Of a DNA stretch of 64,000 bases, positions 1 through 10,500 are shown in pieces. The notes below the pieces were generated by a model, which searched no databases, was not told where the DNA came from, and saw only the letters and a program-made list of their open reading frames with translations. This DNA comes from Chloroflexota bacterium (GTDB lineage Bacteria > Chloroflexota > Anaerolineae > UBA4142 > SHND01), in the NCBI GenBank assembly GCA_016209205.1, contig JACQWQ010000042.1:13917-77916 (forward strand). Direction: 5' to 3'. The position numbers were made by a program, and so were the translations under genes. Every line of letters begins with the position of its first letter. The stretch's first letter is position 1.

Positions 1-1639
1 ACACGGCAGTCACGAATGGTTTTTGATCGCCAATGATCCACACATCTTTGATATAAGGCGAGAACTTGAGGCGGCTCTCGATATAGACGGGCGAAAACTT
101 GCGCGCATCGGAGAGAAGCATGATGTCTTTGGAGCGGTCAAAAAAGACCAGGTGCCCGCGATCATCCAAAAAGCCCGTATCCCCCGAATGCAGCCAGCCC
201 TCGTGCAAAGTTTTGCGAGTCGCTTCGGGGTCCTTGTAGTACCCTTCGAATACGGCAGGACTGCGCGCCAAAATTTCGCCTTCGGGACTAATTTGGAGCT
301 CGGTTTCCGGCAGCGGCAGCCCGACCGTTTCCGGGTTGATGTCGTCGCTGCGATGCAAAACCGAAATGCCGGAAATTTCCGTCTGTCCGTAAATTTGTTT
401 GAGATTCACCCCGATGGCATGAAAGAAACGAAAATGGTCGGGACTCATAAAAGAGCCGCCGGTGTACGCGTTGCGAATCCGCGTCAAGCCCAGTTGATCG
501 CGCAGCGCGCGCAGTACCAGCTTGTCGGCGAGCCAGCCCTGCACGCGCAGCAAGGGCGGTGTTTTCGCGTGCGCGAATTTTTTGTCCGCGATTTCGCCGC
601 CGAGACCGACCGCCCATTGATACAGTGCCCGTTTCAGCCGCGTGCTGTCTGCGTATTTCACTTGCAGCGAACGCGCCATTTGTTCGTACAGCCGCGCGGA
701 GGAAAACATCGTGTGCGGCGCAATCGCGCGCAAGTCGTGCATGACCGTTTCAGGTTCTTCGGGGAAATTGATGGTGAATCCCGCTTGCAAACCGCAAGAG
801 AGAGACATCATTTGTTCGCCGATCCAGGCAAAGGGGAGAAAAGACACAAAGTCGTCGCTGGAGTAGTATGGATCAACCCGCATCAAGTTTTGCCCCATCT
901 TGAGCAAATTGCGATGCGAGAGGAGCGCGCCTTTGGGTTTCGAAGTCGTGCCCGAAGTATAGAACAAGAGCGCAATGTCGCTGCCCTGTCCTTGCCCGAC
1001 CAATTCATTGAAAAGGTCCGGCTCGGCAATCTGCAATTCATTGCCCCTGCGCTCGACCTCGTTCACAGGCATCAAACTGGGCTGCGTATAATGACGCATC
1101 CCTTTCGGGTCATCCCAAATAATTTTTTCCAATTGGGGCGCATGCGGCAAAATTTGCAGCCCCTTGTCCACCTCTTCCTGCCCTTCGGCGATCAAAAAGC
1201 GCGCGTCCGCGTGATTCACGATGTATTCCACTTCGTCGAGCAGGGCTTCTTGATAAATCCAAACGACTACCGCGCCCACACACAGCGCCGCCATTTCGCA
1301 GAACAATCCTTCGGGGCGATTATCGCCGATCAACGCGACTTTATCACCGCGCCGCAGACCGAGCGCGTGGAAACCCAGCGCGAGCGCGCGCACGCGCTCG
1401 AAATATTCGCGCCAAGTTGTCGGGCGCCAGATTCCAAATTCCTTTTCGCGCAGCGCGACCTTGTCGGCGTACTCGTGCGCCTTGTGGATGAAAAGTTTCG
1501 GGATCGTTAGTTCGTCGGTTACGCTCACTTCATGCATGGGCGCGGTTTGTTTGCTGGCGGGTGACACAGCTCGATTTTTTCCATTCTGCTCTATGATCTT
1601 GTCCTGAGTTTGAATCGGTCTGCTGCTTGGTTCTGCCAT
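1..1639 (-). CDS. Long-chain acyl-CoA synthetase / AMP-binding enzyme (runs off the window start)
   Basis: Manual minus-strand translation from ATG at 1639: MAEPSSRP...LTIPKLF...DKVALREKEFGIWRPTTWREYFERV, typical of FadD-like AMP-binding proteins. Not in the ORF track because its 3' end lies outside the window. Confidence 0.85.
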   Translation of the reverse strand, partial: MAEPSSRPIQTQDKIIEQNGKNRAVSPASKQTAPMHEVSVTDELTIPKLFIHKAHEYADKVALREKEFGIWRPTTWREYFERVRALALGFHALGLRRGDKVALIGDNRPEGLFCEMAALCVGAVVVWIYQEALLDEVEYIVNHADARFLIAEGQEEVDKGLQILPHAPQLEKIIWDDPKGMRHYTQPSLMPVNEVERRGNELQIAEPDLFNELVGQGQGSDIALLFYTSGTTSKPKGALLSHRNLLKMGQNLMRVDPYYSSDDFVSFLPFAWIGEQMMSLSCGLQAGFTINFPEEPETVMHDLRAIAPHTMFSSARLYEQMARSLQVKYADSTRLKRALYQWAVGLGGEIADKKFAHAKTPPLLRVQGWLADKLVLRALRDQLGLTRIRNAYTGGSFMSPDHFRFFHAIGVNLKQIYGQTEISGISVLHRSDDINPETVGLPLPETELQISPEGEILARSPAVFEGYYKDPEATRKTLHEGWLHSGDTGFLDDRGHLVFFDRSKDIMLLSDARKFSPVYIESRLKFSPYIKDVWIIGDQKPFVTAV

Positions 1640-1644
1640 AACGT

Positions 1645-1806
1645 CCTCTCTGCCCTCTCCGCCCTCTTGCGCCCTCTCGCGCCCTCTCCGCCCTCTCCGC
1701 CCTCTTGCGCCCTCTTCGCCCTCTCCGCCCTCTCCGCCCTCTCCGCCCTCTCCGCCCTCTCGCGCCCTCTCGCGCCCTCTCGCGCCCTCTCGCGCCCTCT
1801 CCCCCC
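1645..1806. repeat. Tandem 9-10-mer simple repeat (GCCCTCTCC / GCCCTCTCGC)
   Basis: Directly visible; fills the gap between the ABC ATPase stop and the ligase start. Confidence 0.95.
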
Positions 1807-2613
1807 TCATCTCCGCGTCACATACAGCTCCGTCTCCGCTTCGCCCAAATAAGCCCGCGTCACATGGGGGTCTTGCTGAACCTCTGCCGGTGTCCCTTGC
1901 GCGATCTTGTCGCCAAAGTTAAGCACCGCAACATAATTGGAAATATCCATTACCACGCCCATGTCATGTTCGACGAGGATACAGGTCACATCCCAGCGCG
2001 GGTCTTCCTTGATGTCAAGGATAAAGCGCGCCATATCTTCGACTTCTTCAAGGTTAAGTCCTGCCATCGGTTCATCCAGCAAAAGGAGTTTCGGTTGGAG
2101 CGCGAGAGCGCGCGCCAATTCGACGCGCTTTTGGAGACCGTAGGGGAGCGAATGAACAACCTTGTCGCGGATATGCTCGATCTCGAGGAGGTCAATGATC
2201 TCGCGTTCGATAAACGCGCGCGCTTCCAGTTCTTCGCGTTCCGCTGGACCCAGATAGACCATCCCGGCGAGCAATCCGGTTTTGAGCTGCAAATGCCGTC
2301 CCAGACGAATGTTGTCCAGAACCGTCATTCCGCCAAAGAGCTCGATCTTTTGGAACGTTCGCGAAATGCCTAGCGCCGCGCGTTGATACGGGCGTAAACG
2401 CGTAATGTCGCGCCCGTCGAACTCGATACGCCCGCGCGTCGGGCGATACAAGCCGCTGATAAGATTTAACGTTACGGTCTTGCCAGCGCCGTTGGGACCG
2501 ATGATCGAAAAAATCTCACCGCGCCGGACGCTGAGCGAAACGTTCTTGACCGCCAACACACCGCCAAAAGCCATCTGTAGATCGTGCAGCTGCAAGAGTA
2601 AAGTATTGGTCAT
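1807..2613 (-). CDS. Branched-chain amino-acid-type ABC transporter ATP-binding subunit (LivG-like)
   Basis: Walker A GPNGAGKT, SRTFQ, LPYGLQKRVELARAL, LLLLDEP, LVEHDM and the C-terminal DPHVTRAYLG motif. Confidence 0.92.
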   Translation of the reverse strand: MTNTLLLQLHDLQMAFGGVLAVKNVSLSVRRGEIFSIIGPNGAGKTVTLNLISGLYRPTRGRIEFDGRDITRLRPYQRAALGISRTFQKIELFGGMTVLDNIRLGRHLQLKTGLLAGMVYLGPAEREELEARAFIEREIIDLLEIEHIRDKVVHSLPYGLQKRVELARALALQPKLLLLDEPMAGLNLEEVEDMARFILDIKEDPRWDVTCILVEHDMGVVMDISNYVAVLNFGDKIAQGTPAEVQQDPHVTRAYLGEAETELYVTRR

Positions 2614-2923
2614 GTTGAATCACGCAGAAATGGCGCACCGACAAATGTCGTGGTCAGATTGCTTGGAATTATATATGGATTCATGTGTTGACGTCAAGGG
2701 TTCTGTGGCGTCATTCACGGCTTTTGCAAAGCGGATTACAAATCCGCGCGGAGCAGTTTATTTTTGACGCTTGAAATAAGATGCGATTGCCGTACTTGCC
2801 AGACGCCGATTCTTGACAGACCTTCATGACGCGGTATTATCCGAGTGCCGCGCAGCGGTGCGCGGCACAAAAGGCCAAGCTGAGGTTGTGTGATTTTCGC
2901 GTCCCCTTTTCGGAGGTCAAACA

Positions 2924-4156
2924 ATGCTGCCGCGTAAACATTCCGCCGCCCGTGTCAATCGTCTAACGAAATTTGTTGCCCATGCCTACAGAAATGCGCC
3001 CGCGGTCCGCGCGCTCTTGGACACAGCTGGAATCAAGCCCTCTCAAATCAAATCTCCCTCCGACCTTGAAAAAATCCCGGTCACCCCAAAAGACCATCTG
3101 ATAGAACTTCAACTGCAAGCGCCGCCCTTTGGCGGCTTTCTCGCAGTGCCCTTGCATCAGGTTCATCAGATTTTCCAATCCCCCGGGCCCCTTTACGAGC
3201 CCTGGGCAAACGAGACCAATCTCGCGCGCGTAGCAGGCAAGATTTTCAAAATCGCGGGTTTCAAGCGCGGTGACATTGTGATCAACACGTTGTCTTACCA
3301 TCTTGTTCCAGCGGGGATGATTCTCCAGGCGGGGTTGCAGAAAGTGGGCGCGACCATCGTGCCGACCGGGGTGGGCAACAGCGAATTGCAAGTCAAGCTG
3401 GTTCGCGAGCTCGGCGTTACGGGCTACGCCGGCACGCCGAGTTTCCTCATGCTGCTGCTACAAAAGGCAGAAGAGCTGGGCGTGGATGTTCGCGCCCAAT
3501 GGGCGCTCAAGCGCGCGCTTTTTACCGCCGAGCCGTACCCCCCTTCTCTGCGCCAGCAGTTTGAAGGTCACTATGGCTTCAAGACGACCAATGTCTATGC
3601 GACCGCGGAACTCGGCTTTCTCGCACACGACTGTGAGGCGCAACAGGGTTTGCATTTTGCCGACGACGTCATCATTCAGATTTGTGATCCGGTGACCGGT
3701 CTACATGTCGCTCCCAACGAGGCGGGGCAAGTGGTCGTAACGACGTTTAACGAGACCTACCCGTTGATTCGTTTTGGAACGGGTGACATGGCAGTGTATC
3801 TGGACGCGCCGTGTGCGTGTGGGCGCAAAACGCACCGGCTCGCGCTGGTGGGTCGCATTGGCGACGCCGTCAAGGTGCGGGGCATGTTCGTGCATCCCAA
3901 TCAATTGCGCCAAGCCATTGCCAAGTTTCCCGCCATCCAACGCTTCCAAGCCATTGTGACCCGTCCTAACCAACGTGATGAGCTGACACTCAAGGCGGGT
4001 TCGGCAATGGAGCTTGACCGCGCCGCACTCGACCCAGCGTTGAATCAGGCAGTGCGCGAAATTTGCCGCGTCGGTCTGGACCGTCTTGAATTCGTCGCGC
4101 TGGATGAACTTGCCCCAGATGCCAGGCCCATTGTGGATGCAAGGCAGTGGGAATGA
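2924..4156 (+). CDS. Phenylacetate-CoA ligase family protein (PaaK-like)
   Basis: IFQSPGPLYEP, YAGTPSFL, YATAELG, YPLIRFGTGD, GRIGDAVKVRGMFVHP. Confidence 0.85.
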   Translation: MLPRKHSAARVNRLTKFVAHAYRNAPAVRALLDTAGIKPSQIKSPSDLEKIPVTPKDHLIELQLQAPPFGGFLAVPLHQVHQIFQSPGPLYEPWANETNLARVAGKIFKIAGFKRGDIVINTLSYHLVPAGMILQAGLQKVGATIVPTGVGNSELQVKLVRELGVTGYAGTPSFLMLLLQKAEELGVDVRAQWALKRALFTAEPYPPSLRQQFEGHYGFKTTNVYATAELGFLAHDCEAQQGLHFADDVIIQICDPVTGLHVAPNEAGQVVVTTFNETYPLIRFGTGDMAVYLDAPCACGRKTHRLALVGRIGDAVKVRGMFVHPNQLRQAIAKFPAIQRFQAIVTRPNQRDELTLKAGSAMELDRAALDPALNQAVREICRVGLDRLEFVALDELAPDARPIVDARQWE

Positions 4157-4191
4157 AAGGATAGACCCCGAGTCAAGATTGGATTTGAGGG

Positions 4192-6045
4192 TTGGATATG
4201 CCTGTCTCACTGCGCGCGAAATTGGGACTGTTGTTCCTCGCCTTTGTCGCCCTCGTGCTCGTATCCGTCGGCGCGACCTTGTGGGTAACGGAATTGCAAG
4301 CGACGGATGCGCTCGTCATCAATCTAGCAGGGCGTCAGCGCATGCTCACGCAAAAAATGACGTGGCTCGCGCTCGCGCGCGCGGACGATTCCGAACTTGC
4401 CAATTCCATCCAACTTTTTGAGCGCACCTTGCGCGCCCTGCGCGAGGGCGGCGACACCCTGGATGCCGCCGGACGCGTAATCGTGCTGCCCGCCGCACCC
4501 GACCCAGAGCTCCGTGCACAACTTGACATTGTGGAGAATACGTGGGTCGTGTTTCGCGCTGCGCTCTTGTCCGCCGATCTTGCCGCGATGGAAAAGACCG
4601 CGCCGCAGATTCTCTCGCAACTTGATGTTGTCGTCAGCGCGTTCGAGACGCGCGCCCAAACCAAAGTGACGCGCCTGCAATTTATTCAGCTCTTGTCGTT
4701 AGCAAGCGCGCTGCTCTTGTTGACCATCGGCTATCGTCTGACCAAAACACAAGTGGTCGAACGTCTCGCGCGTTTGGACACGGCGGCGCAAACCATCGCC
4801 GCAGGGCAGCTCGCTTCGCCCGTTCCCGCAACGGGACGTGACGAGATTGGTGTATTGGCACACGCGCTCGACGCCATGCGCGTACAAGTCGCGGCGGCGC
4901 ACGACCAACTCGAAACGCGCGTCATCCAACGCACGCGTGAACTGGACGCCGCATTTGAATTGAGCCAAGCCATTGTCGCCGAGCTCGATTTGGATACGCT
5001 GCTCGATTCTGTTTCTGTGCACGCTCGTTCATTGACACGCGCGCGCGCCGCATCGGTCTGCCTGTTGGAAGGCGCTCCGAGCGTCCTCGTGCAAAAAGCG
5101 TCTAGCGACCATGGCAATCTTTCACGCGAACTACGTCAAACACCGACGCGTCCACTGGCGCGCCAAGTCCTGAATGGTGAAACGATTTTGCAGGATGCCG
5201 GGTGCGCGGCATGTGCGTTTTTGCAAACACATGCGCCGGGCAATTGCGCCGTTGCGCCGCTGCGTTCTGGCGGCAAAACGCTCGGCGCTTTGTGTGTGGT
5301 GCGCGATACCGCAGAACCGTTTTCCGTCGAAGAAGCGCGCGCCTTGACTTTGCTCGCCAACGCCGCGGCCGTTGCTATCGCCAACGCCCGGCTCGTCGAA
5401 TCCGGTACGCTGCAAGCGGAGCAAAATGCGACGCTCGCCGAACGCGAACGGCTTGCCGCCGAACTGCACGACAACCTTGCCCAGACTCTGAGTTTTTTGA
5501 ATTTGAAAACCGAAAATGCGCAAGCTCTACTTGTCGAAGGGCACGCCGCCGAAACTGTGACCGAGCTGGAACGGGTACGCGAGGCAATCACCGCCGCGTT
5601 TACACAAGTCCGCGCTGCGCTCGTCGGTTTGCGCGAACCCTCTGTGAACGGGCAAGATTTGGCGCAGCGCCTGACTGAATGCGTGAACGAGTTTCAACAC
5701 GATGCCCAAGTTCCGGTCGAGTCACATCTGGAGGCAAGCGCGCTTGTTCTCACACCACTCGTGCAAACCCAGGTCGTACACGTTGTGCGCGAAGCGCTCG
5801 CCAATACGCGTCGCCACGCGCATGCGCAGCATGTCCGCGTGTGCGCCGCGCGTCTCAATCAAGTCGCCGCGTTTATTATCGAGGATGACGGTTGCGGATT
5901 TGATCCCAAAACTATTGCGAGCGAACATCACCTCGGTTTGGCGGTGATGCGCATGCGCGTCGAGCGCTGCGGCGGACAGTTGGAGATTACTTCCAAGCCG
6001 GGGGCAGGGACGCGCATCTGTGCGCGTTTCCCTTTGCCATCCTAA
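4192..6045 (+). CDS. NarX-like nitrate/nitrite sensor histidine kinase (PilJ/NarX sensor, HAMP, GAF, HisKA_3, HATPase)
   Basis: TM1 followed by P-box INLAGRQRMLTQKM, TM2, HAMP, ERERLAAELHDNLAQ, IEDDGCGF, GLAVMRMR, PGAGTRI. Confidence 0.88.
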   Translation: MDMPVSLRAKLGLLFLAFVALVLVSVGATLWVTELQATDALVINLAGRQRMLTQKMTWLALARADDSELANSIQLFERTLRALREGGDTLDAAGRVIVLPAAPDPELRAQLDIVENTWVVFRAALLSADLAAMEKTAPQILSQLDVVVSAFETRAQTKVTRLQFIQLLSLASALLLLTIGYRLTKTQVVERLARLDTAAQTIAAGQLASPVPATGRDEIGVLAHALDAMRVQVAAAHDQLETRVIQRTRELDAAFELSQAIVAELDLDTLLDSVSVHARSLTRARAASVCLLEGAPSVLVQKASSDHGNLSRELRQTPTRPLARQVLNGETILQDAGCAACAFLQTHAPGNCAVAPLRSGGKTLGALCVVRDTAEPFSVEEARALTLLANAAAVAIANARLVESGTLQAEQNATLAERERLAAELHDNLAQTLSFLNLKTENAQALLVEGHAAETVTELERVREAITAAFTQVRAALVGLREPSVNGQDLAQRLTECVNEFQHDAQVPVESHLEASALVLTPLVQTQVVHVVREALANTRRHAHAQHVRVCAARLNQVAAFIIEDDGCGFDPKTIASEHHLGLAVMRMRVERCGGQLEITSKPGAGTRICARFPLPS

Positions 6046-6215
6046 CTCGGACAAGCCGAAACCAAACAGGAAACCGCGAATCCCTCAATCCTTCGGGACA
6101 GGTTCTTCGCCAATCTACGCGAATTTTTTCGCATCCCGATTCGCGTAGATTCGTCGCGCGGAGTTCGCGCAAAGATTCGCGGTTAGAAAATCTTTGCTTT
6201 TTGTGCAAAGATTTC
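6041..6215. mobile_element. Palindromic MITE/REP-like element, family A (copy 1)
   Basis: Three blocks align with the reverse complement of 16934-17084 (CCTAACTCGGACAAGC..., AATCTACGCGAATTTTTTCGCATCCCGATTCGCG, GAAAATCTTTGCTTTTTG). Contains the sensor kinase stop codon. Confidence 0.8.
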
Positions 6216-6270
6216 ATTGGATAGGCACTGATGACGTGCGGTTCTGCGTGACCGTGTGTCGGGAGCAGCG

Positions 6271-6945
6271 ATGACACGAGCACGAATTTTGTTATGTGAC
6301 GATCACGAACTTTTCCGCGTGGGCTTGGCGGCTCTGGTCGACGCGCAGCCCGATTTGCAAGTCGTTGGGCAAGCCGCCGACGGACTGGAAGCGCTCACGC
6401 GCGCGCGCGACCTCCGTCCCGATTTGATCATGATGGACATCAAGATGCCGGTCTGCGATGGCTTGGAAGCGACCCGCCTCATTCGCGCGGAAATTCCCGA
6501 CGCGCGCATTTTGATTTTGACGGTGCATGACGAGGACGAAAAACTCTTTGAGGCGATCAAAGCGGGCGCGAGTGGTTACTTGGTCAAGAATGCCAACGCG
6601 GCGGATTTTTTGCAGGCGGTACGGATGGTGCTGGCGGGCGAAGCCGCCGTCCAACCCAAACTTGCGGCGCGCCTGCTCAACGAATTTGCGCGCCTGGCGC
6701 GGGCGCAGTCAACCGATGTGGCTCTGTCCGACGCTGCCGACCTCACGCCCCGCGAACGCGAGGTCTTGAACTTGATTGCGCAAGGCGCGACCGATAAGGA
6801 AATCGCCGCGCAGCTGGCGTTAAGCTTGCACACGGTCAAGAGTCACGTGCGCAGCATTTTGAGTAAACTGCACGCAGTCAATCGCAGACATGCCGCGCGC
6901 TTGGCGGCGCAAGGTAGAGTGCCGCGCGGCAAGGAGCAGCTTTAA
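6271..6945 (+). CDS. NarL/LuxR-family response regulator
   Basis: REC domain (LCDDH, IMMDIKMP, YLVK) plus LuxR HTH (LTPREREVL...TVKSHVRSILSKL). ATG 6271 preferred over GTG 6256. Confidence 0.92.
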   Translation: MTRARILLCDDHELFRVGLAALVDAQPDLQVVGQAADGLEALTRARDLRPDLIMMDIKMPVCDGLEATRLIRAEIPDARILILTVHDEDEKLFEAIKAGASGYLVKNANAADFLQAVRMVLAGEAAVQPKLAARLLNEFARLARAQSTDVALSDAADLTPREREVLNLIAQGATDKEIAAQLALSLHTVKSHVRSILSKLHAVNRRHAARLAAQGRVPRGKEQL

Positions 6946-6995
6946 CCCCATACAGTTCGGTCAAGCCACCAAAGAATGCGCTAGTTCTTTGTGAG

Positions 6996-7024
6996 AAAAA
7001 GAGCGATCAACAATCGCTCTTTTT
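6996..7024. terminator. Intrinsic (possibly bidirectional) terminator hairpin
   Basis: AAAAAGAGCGAT-caaca-ATCGCTCTTTTT downstream of the regulator. Confidence 0.7.
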
Positions 7025-7085
7025 TCATTCTTTGTGCGCGGGATGACGGATAGACGCCCCGCGCGCTTTCTTTTATCCTCTCTGC

Positions 7086-7505
7086 GTGCACGCGCGGCGC
7101 ATTTTTATTGTCGGGGATACTTTATTCGCGGATACGCTCGCGCGAATGCTTGCCGTCAGTCCGGAGGTCTGCGTGGTCGGGTGCGCGCCCACAATCCAAG
7201 CCGCGCTCGAGCCAATCGCCGAAACGTTGCCCGAAGCCATCATCGTGGCAGGCGTCTCGGATTCTGGCGATGAACTACATCGCATGAATCCGAATGAACC
7301 AGCCACTCATCACTGGGGACAACTGCTCGTGCTCTTTCCCAACATTCCACTCATCCGCGCCGATCTCGCCACCGACGCTTTGCTCTTGATTACGTGCAAA
7401 CATATTGACGCGCGTCCCGACTCTTTGCTCGCCGCATTGCATCATCTGCCAACCGACCATCCCGATCAACCGACCAGCCGACTATCCGACCAACCGACCA
7501 ACTGA
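7086..7505 (+). CDS. Degenerate receiver-fold (pseudo-REC) protein
   Basis: CheY-like pattern (IFIVGD...VCVVGCA...PEAIIVAG) without the canonical phospho-Asp. The C-terminus is encoded by a CCGACCAA repeat (7449-7502). Ends 17 nt before nxrA. Confidence 0.5.
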   Translation: MHARRIFIVGDTLFADTLARMLAVSPEVCVVGCAPTIQAALEPIAETLPEAIIVAGVSDSGDELHRMNPNEPATHHWGQLLVLFPNIPLIRADLATDALLLITCKHIDARPDSLLAALHHLPTDHPDQPTSRLSDQPTN

Positions 7506-7522
7506 CGATTAAGGAGATTCTT

Positions 7523-10500
7523 ATGCCGCCCACTATTTCACGCCGCACCTTTCTCAAACTTTCCGGCGCCGCCGCCATCGCGCTCCCCTTTACCGATCTC
7601 CGCATCCAATTGCTCTCGCCAATCTCGGTGGACAATCCGCTAGCGGGCTATCCCGACCGCGAATGGGAAAAAATCTATCGCGACCAATATCGCTACGATT
7701 CCAGCTTTGCTTTTGTCTGCTCGCCGAACGATACCCATGCTTGTCGAATGCGCTCGTTCGTGCGCAACGGCATCGTGCTGCGTTCCGAGCCAAATTACGA
7801 CGTGGCGAAATATGCCGACCTGTATGGCAACACGGCGACGCAACACTGGCATCCGCGCGGCTGCAAAAAGGGGCAGACCTTTCACCGCCGCATGTACGGA
7901 CCGCACCGCCTCAAAGGACCCTTGATGCGCAAGGGTTGGAAGGAATGGGCGGACGCGGGTTTTCCCGAACTCGACGCGGCGAACAAATCGAAATTCAAAT
8001 TCGACGCGCGGGGCACGGATGAACTGCTGCCCGTGTCGTGGGACGTGGCGTACGCTTATATTGCGCGCGGCATGCTCGCGATTGCGAAACGCTATTCGGG
8101 CAAAGCGGGCGCGGAATTTTTGTTCAAGCAAGGGTATCCGCCCGAAATGGTCGAGGCGATGGGCGAAGCAGGGACGCGCACGTTCAAATGTCGCGGCGGC
8201 ATGGGCTTGCTCGGCGTCATCGGCAAGTACGGCATGTATCGTTTTGCCAACACGCTCGCGCTGTTGGACGAACACGTGCGCGGCGTGAAAGAAGAAGAGG
8301 CAAAGGGTGGACGCAACTGGTCCAATTACACCTGGCACGGCGATCAAGCGCCGGGGCATCCGTTCACCACGGCCTTGCAAGCATCCGACGAAGATTTCAA
8401 CGACCTGCGCGCCGACACGTTAAAGCGTCTCGCTGCGCGCGAGGTGTTTGCCGATTACAAGCCCGCGCTCGAGCCAGACAGTTACAGTTTCCAAACGCAA
8501 GGACTCACCCCGGAGCAGTACGCCAAGTTGGGCGATTACGTCGTGCGCGACGCGACGAGCGGCGAATTGAAAGCGCTCACGCGCGACGACGTGGGCGCTG
8601 CGCTCGCGAAAAAAGGAATTGACCCCGAACTGGATTGGTCGGGCCAAGTCAAGTTAGTGGATGGCACAGCGGTTGAGGTCTTGACGCTCTGGACAATGTA
8701 CAAAGAGCATCTCAAGGATTACGACCTCGACAGCGTCGCCGAAATCACGCACGCGCCGAAAAATCTCATCGAGCGTTTGGCGAACGACATTGCAACGATT
8801 CAGCCCGCCGCGATTCACATCGGCGAAGGCATCAATCACTGGTTTCACGCGACGCTCGCCAACCGCGCGCAATTTCTGCCGTTGATGCTCACGGGCAACA
8901 TCGGCAAACCGGGCGCGGGCTGCTACACCTGGGCAGGCAATTACAAAGCCGCGTTGTTTCAAGGTTCCAAAGAAACGGGTCCCGGTTTCAAGGGCTGGGT
9001 CGCCGAGGACCCGTTCCACGTGAACCTGGACGCGAACGCGCCGGGCAAAGATATCATCGCGCACGCGTACACCAAAGACGAAGAACCCGCGTACTGGAAT
9101 CATTCCGAACGCCCGTTGATTGTCGAAACGCCCAAGTACGGGCGCAAAGTGTTCACGGGCAAGACACACATGCCCACGCCGACCAAAGTGCAGTACGTCA
9201 CCAACGTCAACTTGCTGAACAATGCCAAACATCATTACGAGATGATCAAGAACGTCAACCCCAACATCGAGTTGATCATTACCACCGACATCGAAATGAC
9301 CGCGACGGTCGAGTACGCCGATTTCGCGCTCGCGGCAAATTCATGGGCAGAATTCGAGACGCACGAAATCACTGCGTCGTGCTCGAATCCGTTCCTGCAA
9401 ATTTGGAAAGGCGGCATCAAGCCGTTGTACGACACGCGCGACGATGCGCGAATCATGGCAGAGCTCGCGGCAGCAATCGGAAAGGAGATTGGAGACTCGA
9501 GATTTGCCGATTACTGGAAGTTCATCCTTGAAGGTAAACCCGAAGTGTACATTCAACGCTTGCTCGATTCATCGCTCACGACGAACGGTTACACGTTTGA
9601 CGACATCATGGCGGGCAAGTACGGCGAACCCGGCGCGGCGTTGATGCTCTTTCGCACGTACCCGCGCATTCCGTTCTGGGAGCAGGTCCACGATTCCGTT
9701 CCGTTTTACACCGCGACGGGGCGGCTCGACGCGTACTGCGACATTCCCGAAGCCATCGAGTACGGTGAAAACATGATCACGCACCGCGAAGGACCCGAAG
9801 CGACGCCTTACTTGCCGAACGTGATTGTCACCACTTCGCGTTTTGTCAAACCTGACGATTACGGCATTCCACCCGACGCAATGGGATGGGAGGAACGCAC
9901 GGTGCGTAATATCGCGATGAGTTGGGACAAGGCCAAGCGTTCCAAAAATCCGTTGTGGGAAAAGGGCTATGCGTTTTATTGCCTGACGCCCAAGACGCGG
10001 CATCGCGTCCATTCCTCGTGGAGCACGGTGGACTGGACGATCATTCTCGATTCCAATTTCGGCGATCCGTATCGCATGGACAAACGCTTACCCGGACCCG
10101 GCGATCATCAACTGCACATCAATCCACAAGCGGCAAAAGATTTGGGCATCGAGGACGGCGATTACGTCTACGTCGACGCGAATCCCGCCGACCGTCCGTA
10201 CATCGGCTGGAAGCCCGACGATCCGTTTTACAAAGTGTCGCGTTTGATGCTGCGCGCGAAATACAACCCCGCGTATCCGTACCACATCGTCATGCTCAAA
10301 CATGCGCCCTTTATGGCAACCGAAAAATCGGTGCACGCGCACGAAACGCGTCCCGATGGCTTGGCAAAATCGGAAGGCACGGGCTATCAAGCCAACTTGC
10401 GTTACGGCTCGCAGCAGTCGGTCACACGCGATTGGTCTATGCCAATGCACCAGACTGACACGCTGTTCCACAAACAGAAAACGGGGATGCAGTTCATCTT

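Noticed and set aside
23-1510. 495-aa plus-strand ORF
   Set aside because: Antisense shadow of the minus-strand acyl-CoA synthetase; no protein motifs.
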